32,000 bases of DNA, taken from positions 90,001 through 122,000 of the forward strand of contig JBAZYG010000001.1 of NCBI GenBank assembly GCA_041659445.1, read 5' to 3'. Under the pieces are notes generated by a model. It searched no databases. It was not told the origin of the DNA and saw only the letters and a list, made by a program, of their open reading frames with translations. Source of the DNA: Candidatus Saccharimonadota bacterium. GTDB lineage: Archaea; Nanobdellota; Nanobdellia; Pacearchaeales; GW2011-AR1. The position numbers and the translations under genes are program-made. Numbering within the stretch: the stretch's first letter is position 1; the number at the start of each line of letters is the position of its first letter. Shown here piece by piece: positions 1 to 8,010 of this stretch.

Positions 1-430
1 CAAGTCCAACGTTTTTACTTATTTTAAAATCTGTTCCGATGTTGACTTTAAATTCTTTATTTTTCTCTAATTTTTCCTTGCATCTTAAATTTGAAAATCC
101 ATTTTCGATTCCACAAGACAATTCTAAGTTGTTCAATTTTTTTGGATAAAATATAGAATTAATTCCTATTTGATTAGATTGACCGATATACGAATTTTTG
201 CAATCAAATTTAAAATTGTTTGAATAATGGTATGTTAATCCTACTCCAAATCTTTCAGATAATTTTCTGTTATATTCTATTTTTGTTCCAAATTTAGAAG
301 TAAAATTTTTGTTTATTTCTTGTTCATTTGCTATTTTAAAATAATCTTTATTTTGGGAATTTGCAAAATTTGAAAACAAAAATATGAACAAGAAAGTGTT
401 TATTAAATTGAATAACTTCAAGTTCTTCAT
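1..430 (-). CDS. Partial (3' end cut by window edge) secreted beta-strand-rich protein, possibly beta-barrel/porin-like
   Basis: Absent from the ORF track because it runs off the window. ATG at 430-428 on the reverse strand. Hand translation has no stop: MKNLKLFNLINTFLFIFLFSNFANSQNKDYFKIANEQEINKNFTSKFGTKIEYNRKLSERFGVGLTYHYSNNFKFDCKNSYIGQSNQIGINSIFYPKKLNNLELSCGIENGFSNLRCKEKLEKNKEFKVNIGTDFKISKNVGL. It has an N-terminal signal-peptide-like hydrophobic segment followed by alternating hydrophobic/polar strands. Confidence 0.5.
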   Translation of the reverse strand, partial: MKNLKLFNLINTFLFIFLFSNFANSQNKDYFKIANEQEINKNFTSKFGTKIEYNRKLSERFGVGLTYHYSNNFKFDCKNSYIGQSNQIGINSIFYPKKLNNLELSCGIENGFSNLRCKEKLEKNKEFKVNIGTDFKISKNVGL

Positions 431-528
431 TCTTTTTTGAATTAATATTGTTTTAAATACATATGTTCTTACTGAGTTACGATTAAATTATTAACTAATT
501 TTTTAAACCTATTTATCTTGAATATTTT

Positions 529-1095
529 ATGGTAATAAGTAGTAAGGCTTTAAAGGAATTAGAAGATGAAAGAGAAAGAGAAGCTGTTAAAAAAATTGAA
601 GCAGTTCTTTTTATTTCAGGAAGATTTTTGAATATGCAAGAATTGATTTCATTAAGTGATTTAAATCCTTTAATTATTTCAGAATGTTTAGGAAAATTAA
701 AAGAAAAATATAATTCTGAAAATTCGGCAATTGAAATTGTTGAACGAAATGGTTTATGGAAAATGGATGTTAAACAAGAATATTCTCAAATAACAAATAA
801 ACTTGCTACAGGAGAATCTGAATTTAGTAAGGCAGAACAAGAAACTCTTGCGATTATTGCTTACAAACAACCAATAAAGCAATCTGTAATAATTAAAATT
901 CGAGGAAATAAAGCTTATGATCACATTAAAAAATTTTCAGAGTTGAATTTAATAAAGAAAAAAAGACAAGGGCACACAAATGTTTTAAATTTAAGCGAGG
1001 AATTTTATGAGTATTTTAATGTTGCAGATTCTGGAAATTCTTTAAAAGAAATTGTTGAAGAAAGTGAAGAAAATGAAAGTGGAGAAGAAAATTAA
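529..1095 (+). CDS. scpB: Segregation and condensation protein B (ScpB)-like with acidic C-terminal tail
   Basis: 188 aa. EAVLFISGRFLNMQELISL near the N-terminus and ETLAIIAYKQPIKQSVIIKIRG in the second winged-helix half match the conserved ScpB signature as I recall it. Confidence 0.7.
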   Translation: MVISSKALKELEDEREREAVKKIEAVLFISGRFLNMQELISLSDLNPLIISECLGKLKEKYNSENSAIEIVERNGLWKMDVKQEYSQITNKLATGESEFSKAEQETLAIIAYKQPIKQSVIIKIRGNKAYDHIKKFSELNLIKKKRQGHTNVLNLSEEFYEYFNVADSGNSLKEIVEESEENESGEEN

Positions 1096-1493
1096 TCTTC
1101 CATTCCAAAATCTAGACTTAATCCATAAAAATCATTTATAGCTGGTTTTCCTATTAATTCTTCTAATTTATCTCTAAAACTTTTTTCTAATTTATTTCCA
1201 ACATAATCCATATCAGAAGAAGTCCATCTATTATTTCCTTCCTCTAGGCTTTCATCAGGATAAATAACATACCTATCAACTTTGTTTTCATTCATTTCTT
1301 TAGTTATCTTTTCAGCCACTTCAAAGAAATTAGAACTTTTTTCATCTCCTGAACAATAGCCTGTAAAAATTGTTTTTTTATTTATTTTTAAAGAATAGGT
1401 AAAAATTCTAAATAAGAAATGAGTAGGATAAAGTTCATCATAATACTTTTTGAAGCCAATTCTTATTGTTGCTCCGTTTTCTATTGAATCCAT
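1092..1493 (-). CDS. Hypothetical protein (133 aa)
   Basis: Long ORF in an AT-rich background, ATG start. Convergent with scpB; the two stop codons overlap in the palindrome TTAA (1092-1095). No motif recognised. Confidence 0.45.
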   Translation of the reverse strand: MDSIENGATIRIGFKKYYDELYPTHFLFRIFTYSLKINKKTIFTGYCSGDEKSSNFFEVAEKITKEMNENKVDRYVIYPDESLEEGNNRWTSSDMDYVGNKLEKSFRDKLEELIGKPAINDFYGLSLDFGMED

Positions 1494-1603
1494 TTTTCTT
1501 TGGGAGTTTTTTAGTTTATATTATTTATGGTGATTGGATGTTCATTTAGTTTCAATCATAAAAATCTTTAAAAAAGGGATAGTTTTTATGAATAAAGATT
1601 AAA

Positions 1604-2836
1604 ATGGATTTCCTAACAATTGTATTTTTAGTGTATTCGTTCATTGCATTTTATTTTTTATTTTTATTTGTATTAATATGGGTTCAGAATAAAAATAAAA
1701 TTCACGCAGTTCCACCAATTACAAAAAATTATACTTTGAGTATTGTTATTCCTTGTTATAATGAAGAGAAGAACATTGGAAAAACTATAGAAAATTTAAT
1801 TAAAAATGGTTATTCTAATTTGAAAAAGATAATTATAGTTGATGATCAAAGTTTAGATAATTCTTACAAAATAATAAAATCTTATGAAAAAAAATATCCT
1901 GGAATTGTTCAAGCTGTTCAAACTCCAAAAAATACTGGTTGTGCTGCAGGAGCAAAAAATTATGGGGCAAAATTTGTCAAAACTGAATTAATTGGTTTTA
2001 CTGACGCTGATTCTTTTGTTGAAAAAGGTGCTATTGAAAAGACAATGGGTTTTTTCGACGAGGAAAAAGTCGGGGCAGTTACTTCAACTGTTTTGGTTTA
2101 TAATAGAAATAATTTTTTGGAAAAACTTCAAGCAATTGAATATATTGTTATTAAATTCACTAGGAAATTATTGGAATTTGTTGATTCAATTTATGTAACT
2201 CCAGGACCTTTAGCAATTTATAAGAAAAAAGTTTTTGAAGAGATTGGAGGTTTTGATTCAAATAATATGACTGAAGATATTGAAATTACATGGAATCTTT
2301 TATCTCATGGTTATAAAATTAAAATGAGTGTGCCGTCTAAAGTATATTCTGTTGCTCCGTCGAGAGTTAAAGGTTGGTTTAAGCAAAGATTAAGATGGAA
2401 TATGGGCGGGGTTCAAACAATGTTCAAATATAGAAAAGCTTTTTTTAAAAATGGAATGTTAGGAGCTTTTGTTTTGCCTTTTTTTATTTTCTCATGGTTA
2501 ATTGGAGTTTTTGGGTTAAGTATTTTTTTGTATAGAATTATTCGATTAATTGTTTTAAAATTAATTTCTGCAAGTTATTCTGTTAAAGCAAGCGAGGCTC
2601 TTTTGCATTTTCAGGATATTCAACTAGTTCCAAATGTTTTACTTTTTATGGGTTTGGTTGTTTTTGTTTTTAGTTTAACTTATACATTAATTGCATTTTT
2701 AAGTATTAAAGAACAAGGTTACAAGAGACCAGGAATTATTCCAATAACTTTTTATATGTTCTTTTATTTGTTAATTTACCCGGTTATACTGGTTGTTTCA
2801 GCATACAAGTTGATAATTGGAGATATTAAGTGGTAA
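1604..2836 (+). CDS. Processive family-2 glycosyltransferase (PgaC/IcaA/NodC/cellulose-synthase class), membrane-integrated
   Basis: 410 aa. N-terminal TM helix, then a GT-A core with IVIPCYNEE, VDDQSLDNS, FTDADS, TEDIEITW and QRLRWNMGG (QxxRW hallmark of processive beta-glycan synthases), then 3-4 C-terminal TM helices. Confidence 0.85.
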   Translation: MDFLTIVFLVYSFIAFYFLFLFVLIWVQNKNKIHAVPPITKNYTLSIVIPCYNEEKNIGKTIENLIKNGYSNLKKIIIVDDQSLDNSYKIIKSYEKKYPGIVQAVQTPKNTGCAAGAKNYGAKFVKTELIGFTDADSFVEKGAIEKTMGFFDEEKVGAVTSTVLVYNRNNFLEKLQAIEYIVIKFTRKLLEFVDSIYVTPGPLAIYKKKVFEEIGGFDSNNMTEDIEITWNLLSHGYKIKMSVPSKVYSVAPSRVKGWFKQRLRWNMGGVQTMFKYRKAFFKNGMLGAFVLPFFIFSWLIGVFGLSIFLYRIIRLIVLKLISASYSVKASEALLHFQDIQLVPNVLLFMGLVVFVFSLTYTLIAFLSIKEQGYKRPGIIPITFYMFFYLLIYPVILVVSAYKLIIGDIKW

Positions 2837-2837
2837 A

Positions 2838-3494
2838 ATGGCATTTTGGAAAAAATATGTTTTTTTGCAGGCGCTCTTTTTAACTGTTGTTATGTTTTTA
2901 ATTGGAATGTATGTTGGAATTGTTTTTGAACAAAAAAATCTCCAGAAAGTCGAGAATTTTTATTCTAATTCAGAAGTTTCTTTAATGGATGCTTGGGCTT
3001 TGAATAGTTTAATTAATTCAGGAGATGCTAGTTGTGATGCACTTAAAAAAGCAAATTTTGAATTTGCAGACAATATTTATAACGAGGCCTTGACGTTGGA
3101 AGAATATGAGGCTTCTGGAAGAATCACTGAAAATATGAAGCTTGTTCATAAAAAATATGATTTGTTAAGAACCTTTTTATGGATGAATTCAATGGAAATT
3201 CGAGAGAAATGTCCTGGAAACTTTTCGTCTGTTGTTTATCTTTATGACTTTTACACTGAAGATTTAACAAAGAAAGCTGAACAAAGAATTTGGTCCCGGG
3301 TTTTATACGATTTTAAAACTTTAAATTCAGATAATATTTTACTAATTCCAATTGGAGTTAGTAGTGATTTGACTTCATTGAATTTGTTAAAAGAAAAATA
3401 TAATATTTCTGAATATCCTGTTGTGATAATTAATGAAAAATATGTTATTACAAATATGACTTCCTCTGACGAACTCTTTAAATATTTAAATTAA
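2838..3494 (+). CDS. Membrane-anchored hypothetical protein, probably co-transcribed with the GT2 synthase
   Basis: 218 aa from ATG 2838, which lies 1 nt after the GT2 stop. The track's upstream ATG 2817 would overlap the GT2 gene by 20 nt. One N-terminal TM helix (FLQALFLTVVMFLIGMYVGIVF), then a soluble domain with no recognised motif. Confidence 0.55.
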   Translation: MAFWKKYVFLQALFLTVVMFLIGMYVGIVFEQKNLQKVENFYSNSEVSLMDAWALNSLINSGDASCDALKKANFEFADNIYNEALTLEEYEASGRITENMKLVHKKYDLLRTFLWMNSMEIREKCPGNFSSVVYLYDFYTEDLTKKAEQRIWSRVLYDFKTLNSDNILLIPIGVSSDLTSLNLLKEKYNISEYPVVIINEKYVITNMTSSDELFKYLN

Positions 3495-3548
3495 TTCTAG
3501 ATAATTTAGAACAATAATATTAAAAAATACAAGAAAACTATTTTTTTC

Positions 3549-4391
3549 ATGAAACAATGTTTTAGATGTGGTATTTCAGAAGAAAAATCTCTTTTATACG
3601 AGGGAATTTCAAAAGAAGGAATTGTTTTTGTTTGTAGAAAATGCTCTTTTAAAGAAAATATGCCTTTAGTTGAAAAAAAGAATGTGGATCTTTCAAAAAT
3701 TAACTCTAGAGAAAGTGTTAGAAAAAGATTATTGAAGCTTGTAGGTATTAAAGAAGACAAATTTGCTAGAGAAACAAAAGAAAGACAAGTTCATCCTTCA
3801 GATGTTACTTTAAGAGATATTGTTGAGAAAAATTTCAAGGAAAAAATTGCTGAAAAACCAAAAACTTATGATGACTTAATTGATAATTTTCATTGGGTAA
3901 TTATGAGGAAAAGAAGAGCTATGAAAATAACTGCAGAGCAATTTGCGAAAGAAATTTTTGAACCAACTTTGGCTGTTGAATCTGCTGAAAAAGGAATACT
4001 TCCGAATGATTATTCTGCGTTTGTTTTGAAACTTGAGAGATGCTTGAATGTTAAATTATTCAAGGAAGAAAAAGAATCTTTTGATTTATCTAATCTTTCA
4101 AATGAATCCAAAATTTCAAGTGGTTTGAAAATCAAAGATTTGAAAGAGAAATTTGAAGAAGTTCAAATTGAAATCCCAAAAAAAATAGAAAAGGAAATTT
4201 TGATAACTGAAGTTAAAGAATCAAAAATTGGTGATTTGAAAAAGATTGACGAAGAAGTTAAAAGCATTTCTAAAAAAGAGGAAAAAATAGATAAACTAGA
4301 AAATGAAAATGAAGATAAACTCGTGAAAAAAGAAGTTGATGGTTTGAGCCAGAAAGAACTTGATGATATAATTTTTGGAAGAAAGAAATAA
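3549..4391 (+). CDS. Zinc-ribbon plus HTH protein, archaeal MBF1-like, with long Lys/Glu-rich C-terminal extension
   Basis: 280 aa. N-terminal CFRCG...VCRKCS zinc ribbon. The central segment IMRKRRAMKITAEQFAKEIFEPTLAVESAEKGILPNDYSAFVLKLERCLNVKL resembles the Cro/C1-type HTH of aMBF1 (..iE.G...P......KLE..L.vKL). The K/E-rich tail of about 110 aa is not typical of aMBF1. Confidence 0.55.
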   Translation: MKQCFRCGISEEKSLLYEGISKEGIVFVCRKCSFKENMPLVEKKNVDLSKINSRESVRKRLLKLVGIKEDKFARETKERQVHPSDVTLRDIVEKNFKEKIAEKPKTYDDLIDNFHWVIMRKRRAMKITAEQFAKEIFEPTLAVESAEKGILPNDYSAFVLKLERCLNVKLFKEEKESFDLSNLSNESKISSGLKIKDLKEKFEEVQIEIPKKIEKEILITEVKESKIGDLKKIDEEVKSISKKEEKIDKLENENEDKLVKKEVDGLSQKELDDIIFGRKK

Positions 4392-4419
4392 TTTAAAATT
4401 ATATTTTTACAATATAAAT

Positions 4420-4429
4420 ATTTATAAAT
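4420..4429 (+). promoter_or_regulatory. TATA-box-like element (ATTTATAAAT)
   Basis: Centred about 25 nt upstream of ATG 4450. Same motif and spacing as at many other genes in the window. Confidence 0.45.
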
Positions 4430-4449
4430 CAGTATTTTATTGCTAAATC

Positions 4450-5214
4450 ATGGTAAAGCATCTTGATTTTAAACGAAAAAAAATAATCCCTCAAGGAGCA
4501 ACAATAATAACTTTAGATGCAGAACCTGCTTTAGGTTTTGCTCCAATTGAAGTTTATAATTCAGCAAGAGAAAAATTAATTAAAGATTTTAAAGAAAATG
4601 AAAGAGCAATAAAATCTTTAACTTATGGAATTAATTTTGAAACTTTAACAGGTTCCCAATTTTTTTGGAATAATTATTTGAATAATTTCTTAAAAGAACA
4701 AGGAATTAATGGAAGAATTATGAATATAAATGATTTAGGAAAAATTTATAGTTATGATAGAAATTTTTTTGAAAACCATTATTCTGATACAATAAGTTTG
4801 TGTTTAAGAAGCGAAGAACTTGGCCAGAAGAATAATAAGTATATTTTAGAGGATTTAGTTAAACAAGTTAAACAAAGAGGAAAAGAATTCTCTTCAAAAA
4901 ATCCTTTAATTATTTCTAATTTAGATATTATAAATGATAGAAATTCTGATAATTTTTATGGACTTTTATTAAAACTTAGAGAAGATTCAATTCTTGAAAA
5001 TGATAAAAGATTTGCTTTTGGAAATAACAAAATTCAATTTAAAGATGAACTAAGGTTTGTTGAAAAAAATCTTTATACAAAAGATAGAGATTTGTCTCGG
5101 ATGTTTGCTGATATTAATGGATATATGATTTCAAGCAACGGTAATTTGCATGATTCAAATGACATTGGTTGGGTGGTTTTTGTGAGAGATGTTGAAGAAA
5201 TTAAAAAATTTTAA
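4450..5214 (+). CDS. Hypothetical protein (254 aa)
   Basis: Long ORF with its own TATA box at canonical spacing. No motif recognised. Confidence 0.5.
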   Translation: MVKHLDFKRKKIIPQGATIITLDAEPALGFAPIEVYNSAREKLIKDFKENERAIKSLTYGINFETLTGSQFFWNNYLNNFLKEQGINGRIMNINDLGKIYSYDRNFFENHYSDTISLCLRSEELGQKNNKYILEDLVKQVKQRGKEFSSKNPLIISNLDIINDRNSDNFYGLLLKLREDSILENDKRFAFGNNKIQFKDELRFVEKNLYTKDRDLSRMFADINGYMISSNGNLHDSNDIGWVVFVRDVEEIKKF

Positions 5215-5228
5215 TTTAAAATCAAAAC

Positions 5229-5237
5229 CTTTATAAA
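5229..5237 (+). promoter_or_regulatory. TATA-box-like element (CTTTATAAA)
   Basis: Centred about 26 nt upstream of ATG 5259. Confidence 0.45.
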
Positions 5238-5258
5238 CAAAGATTAAGAATTCTTAAT

Positions 5259-5522
5259 ATGGATATAAATATTTTAAAGAATGAAAAAGAAGAAATTGAA
5301 GTAGAACTTGAAAATCTTACTCTTGCTGAACTTTTAAGAGTTTATTTGAATGAAGATTCTGGAGTTGTTTTTGCTGCTTGGAAAAGAGAACATTATACTA
5401 AAAAACCTGTTTTGAAAGTTCAAACAAAAGGAAAAACAGCTAAAAAAGCATTAAATGATGCAATTGCACAAGTTATAAAAGAGCTTGATAAACTTGAAGA
5501 AGACTTTAAGAAATTAAAGTAA
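5259..5522 (+). CDS. rpoL: DNA-directed RNA polymerase subunit L (Rpo11)
   Basis: 87 aa. LENLTLAELLRVYLNEDSGVVFAAWKREHYTKKPVLKVQTKGKTAKKALNDAI follows the Rpo11/RpoL pattern (HTLgNlLr..L..d..V.fAaY...HP....p.l.i.T......aL..A), with some substitutions. Confidence 0.7.
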   Translation: MDINILKNEKEEIEVELENLTLAELLRVYLNEDSGVVFAAWKREHYTKKPVLKVQTKGKTAKKALNDAIAQVIKELDKLEEDFKKLK

Positions 5523-5574
5523 ATATATTTTTCATCACAATTCATTTTTTAAACTCTGAATTTTATTTATTTAA

Positions 5575-6039
5575 ATGAGTGTTAATAATTATCAAGATAT
5601 TATTAAGAATTTAAGAAAAGGAGATGTGTTAAAGTATCCTGATAATGTTAAAGGAACTAATAAAATTAGAGATCATTTTCTAGTTTTTGATTCTTATAAA
5701 GACTGTAAAGTTTATGGTTCAATAAGTAATATTGGGAATTGGGATGGATTGTTAATTGATGGTTTGCTTAGGAATGATTTTAAAATATATTCTTGGAAAG
5801 ACGATAAATTTATTAAAAAACCAAAAGGTCTAACAAAAGAAAGACTTTGTAAATTAATTAGTCATTTAACGTCAGGAGATTTAATAGGATATTCTTTTGA
5901 AGGAAATAATATTTCTACACTTATTTTTGATTCACTTGGTGAAGATCTTGTAAAAGGAAAAATTCTTAAAAGTAAACCTGAAAATGATAAGTCTATTTTT
6001 GATTTTAGGTCTCTTGATTTTAAAGTTTGTAAATGGTAA
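5575..6039 (+). CDS. Hypothetical protein (154 aa)
   Basis: Long ORF, ATG start, no motif recognised. Confidence 0.45.
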   Translation: MSVNNYQDIIKNLRKGDVLKYPDNVKGTNKIRDHFLVFDSYKDCKVYGSISNIGNWDGLLIDGLLRNDFKIYSWKDDKFIKKPKGLTKERLCKLISHLTSGDLIGYSFEGNNISTLIFDSLGEDLVKGKILKSKPENDKSIFDFRSLDFKVCKW

Positions 6040-6065
6040 TTGTTAAATTAGTCCATCACAATAAT

Positions 6066-6080
6066 CTTTATTAATAAAAA
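6066..6080 (+). promoter_or_regulatory. TATA-box-like element (CTTTATTAATAAAAA)
   Basis: Centred about 24 nt upstream of ATG 6096. Confidence 0.4.
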
Positions 6081-6095
6081 TTTTCTTGAAGATTT

Positions 6096-6485
6096 ATGGA
6101 AGATGGAGTTCATGGAATCTATATTATGAATAGGAGAGTTTTAGTTGTCAAAAAAAACGAATTTTGGATTCTACCAGGAGGAAAATCGGATTTTAGTGAG
6201 GAGAAAGATGAAGATATATTAAAAAGAGAATTTAGAGAAGAACTTTCTGGAACAGAAATTTTAGTTGAGAAATATTATAATACTTTTGAAGGAATTACTC
6301 CTCATAACAAAATACCTTTTAAATCTAAAACATATTTTTGTTGTCCTTTACATAAAGTTGGAAAACCTTCTTCTGAAATTAGTGAATTTAAATATATAAA
6401 TAGCAAAGCTTTTGAAAATTTGCCTATTTCAGAAATAACTAAAAAAACTTTAGTTTCTTTGATAAATGATGGATACATTGATTAA
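6096..6485 (+). CDS. NUDIX-family hydrolase (slightly degenerate Nudix box)
   Basis: 129 aa. LPGGKSDFSEEKDEDILKREFREELSG approximates the Nudix box GX5EX7REUXEEXGU with one-residue spacing deviations. Size is typical of a single-domain NUDIX protein. Confidence 0.6.
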   Translation: MEDGVHGIYIMNRRVLVVKKNEFWILPGGKSDFSEEKDEDILKREFREELSGTEILVEKYYNTFEGITPHNKIPFKSKTYFCCPLHKVGKPSSEISEFKYINSKAFENLPISEITKKTLVSLINDGYID

Positions 6486-6486
6486 A

Positions 6487-7212
6487 ATGTCAAAAATATC
6501 TACAGGAAGTTTTGATTTGAACAAGTGGCTTTTTGGAGGTTATGAAGAAGATATTATAACAATGATTGCAGGTTCTCCTGGAACAGGTAAAACAAATTTT
6601 GTGATTTTAGCTGCGTGCAGTCAAGCAAAAAAAGAAAACAAAGTTTTGTTTGTTGATACAGAAGGAGGTTTTAGTGTCGAAAGAGTCAAACAAATTGTTG
6701 GAGAAGATTATGAAAAATATTTGGAAAATATAATTCTTGCAGAACCAGTTAATTTTGATGAGCAAAAAAAATTATTTTTAAAAATTCTTGAAACAATTAA
6801 GAAAGAACAAATAAAATTAATTGTTATTGACGGAATGGCAATGCTTTATCGTTTGGAGTTAGGAGATGCAGTTAAATCTAAAGAAGATGAAAAAATCCGA
6901 AGTGTAAATAGGGAAGTTTCAAATCAAATGAGGATTTTGGCTGAGATTGCAAGGAAAAAGAAAATACCTGTGATTATTACAAATCAAGTTTATTCGAGTT
7001 TTTTAACAGAAGAAGAATGGAAAAAAGGAATTGAAAGAGAAACAAATATTGTTGGGGGAGATTTATTCAAATATTGGAGTAAATGTATTATTGAATTAAA
7101 AAATGAAAAAAATAAAAGAAAAGCAATTTTGTTAAAGCATAGAAGTTTGCCTTTTAAAGAAATGGCATTTGAAATAAAAAACGAAGGTATTTTTAAAAAA
7201 GGATTATTTTAA
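6487..7212 (+). CDS. radB: RadB-type RecA/RadA paralogue
   Basis: 241 aa from ATG 6487, 1 nt after the NUDIX stop; the track's start 6466 overlaps NUDIX. Walker A GSPGTGKT, Walker B-like KLIVIDG, no N-terminal HhH domain. Size and layout fit RadB rather than RadA. Confidence 0.75.
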   Translation: MSKISTGSFDLNKWLFGGYEEDIITMIAGSPGTGKTNFVILAACSQAKKENKVLFVDTEGGFSVERVKQIVGEDYEKYLENIILAEPVNFDEQKKLFLKILETIKKEQIKLIVIDGMAMLYRLELGDAVKSKEDEKIRSVNREVSNQMRILAEIARKKKIPVIITNQVYSSFLTEEEWKKGIERETNIVGGDLFKYWSKCIIELKNEKNKRKAILLKHRSLPFKEMAFEIKNEGIFKKGLF

Positions 7213-7272
7213 TTTATATCTTTAAGTGTAATCATTTTTATAAACCTTAAATTTTTAATTGTTCTAATTAAA

Positions 7273-7983
7273 ATGCCTTGTGAATTGCTTGATATAAAAT
7301 CTCTTTTTTGCAAATATGATTTAATTCTTTTAGATACTTGTGCTATTAAAAATTCATTAGAAACCATTTGTGGACCTATAACAGAAGAAAATAAAAATAA
7401 AATGGTTTTAGAAGAAATAAAATCATATCATTTTTGGTCAGAGGCAATTAAAGCTTATTTGAATGAACAAGGAGAAATAATAATTTGTCAACCAATTCTA
7501 AATGAATTAAAAAATGAAAAGTCTTTATCTTTTAAAGTTAATCCAAATATGGATTTGAATTCAAGAACAAATAAAATAATTCATGAAAAAATTCTTAAGA
7601 ATTATGGGCTGAATACAAAGTGTTGTGAAGAAGAAAGAGAAAAATTTATGAATTTTATTAAAGAGAGAGAATTTGTTTTAAATTTTGATGAAAGAGAAAA
7701 AATTGTTTTTAATTTGATTTCTACTGGAATTTTTTCTTTAAAAGAGGATTTTCCTAAAAAATTATCTGATGCAGATTATTCTTTGGTGATTTCTGCAATA
7801 ACTCTTTCAAAAATATACAAAAGAGTATGTGTTGTTTCTAATGATAAAGGCGTGAATGATTTTTTAAAAGAGCTTAAAAAAAGTCCTTTAGTTAATGGGA
7901 ACTTACAGTTTTATTTTAGAAATTCGTTTGATGGATTTTCACAATACTTTAAATTAAATCCTGAAAAAGTAGTGATTAAGTAA
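7273..7983 (+). CDS. Hypothetical protein, possible large PIN-domain nuclease
   Basis: 236 aa. The acidic-residue pattern is compatible with PIN: LILLDTCAI (first Asp), ILNELK (Glu), LSDADYSLVISAITL (third Asp), VCVVSNDKGVNDF (fourth Asp). Weak motif-level evidence only. Confidence 0.4.
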   Translation: MPCELLDIKSLFCKYDLILLDTCAIKNSLETICGPITEENKNKMVLEEIKSYHFWSEAIKAYLNEQGEIIICQPILNELKNEKSLSFKVNPNMDLNSRTNKIIHEKILKNYGLNTKCCEEEREKFMNFIKEREFVLNFDEREKIVFNLISTGIFSLKEDFPKKLSDADYSLVISAITLSKIYKRVCVVSNDKGVNDFLKELKKSPLVNGNLQFYFRNSFDGFSQYFKLNPEKVVIK

Positions 7984-8010
7984 TTTAAACTGATTCTGTC
8001 TTTATAAAAC

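Noticed and set aside
3506-3760. 84-aa minus-strand ORF overlapping the start of the aMBF1-like gene
   Set aside because: It is a shadow ORF. The plus-strand frame carries the recognisable zinc ribbon and HTH.
8000-8008. TATA-like CTTTATAAA directly abutting the nreA ATG as its promoter
   Set aside because: A TATA box 7 nt from the ATG would start transcription inside the ORF, and there is no downstream in-frame Met for more than 140 codons. nreA is more likely co-transcribed with the upstream gene.
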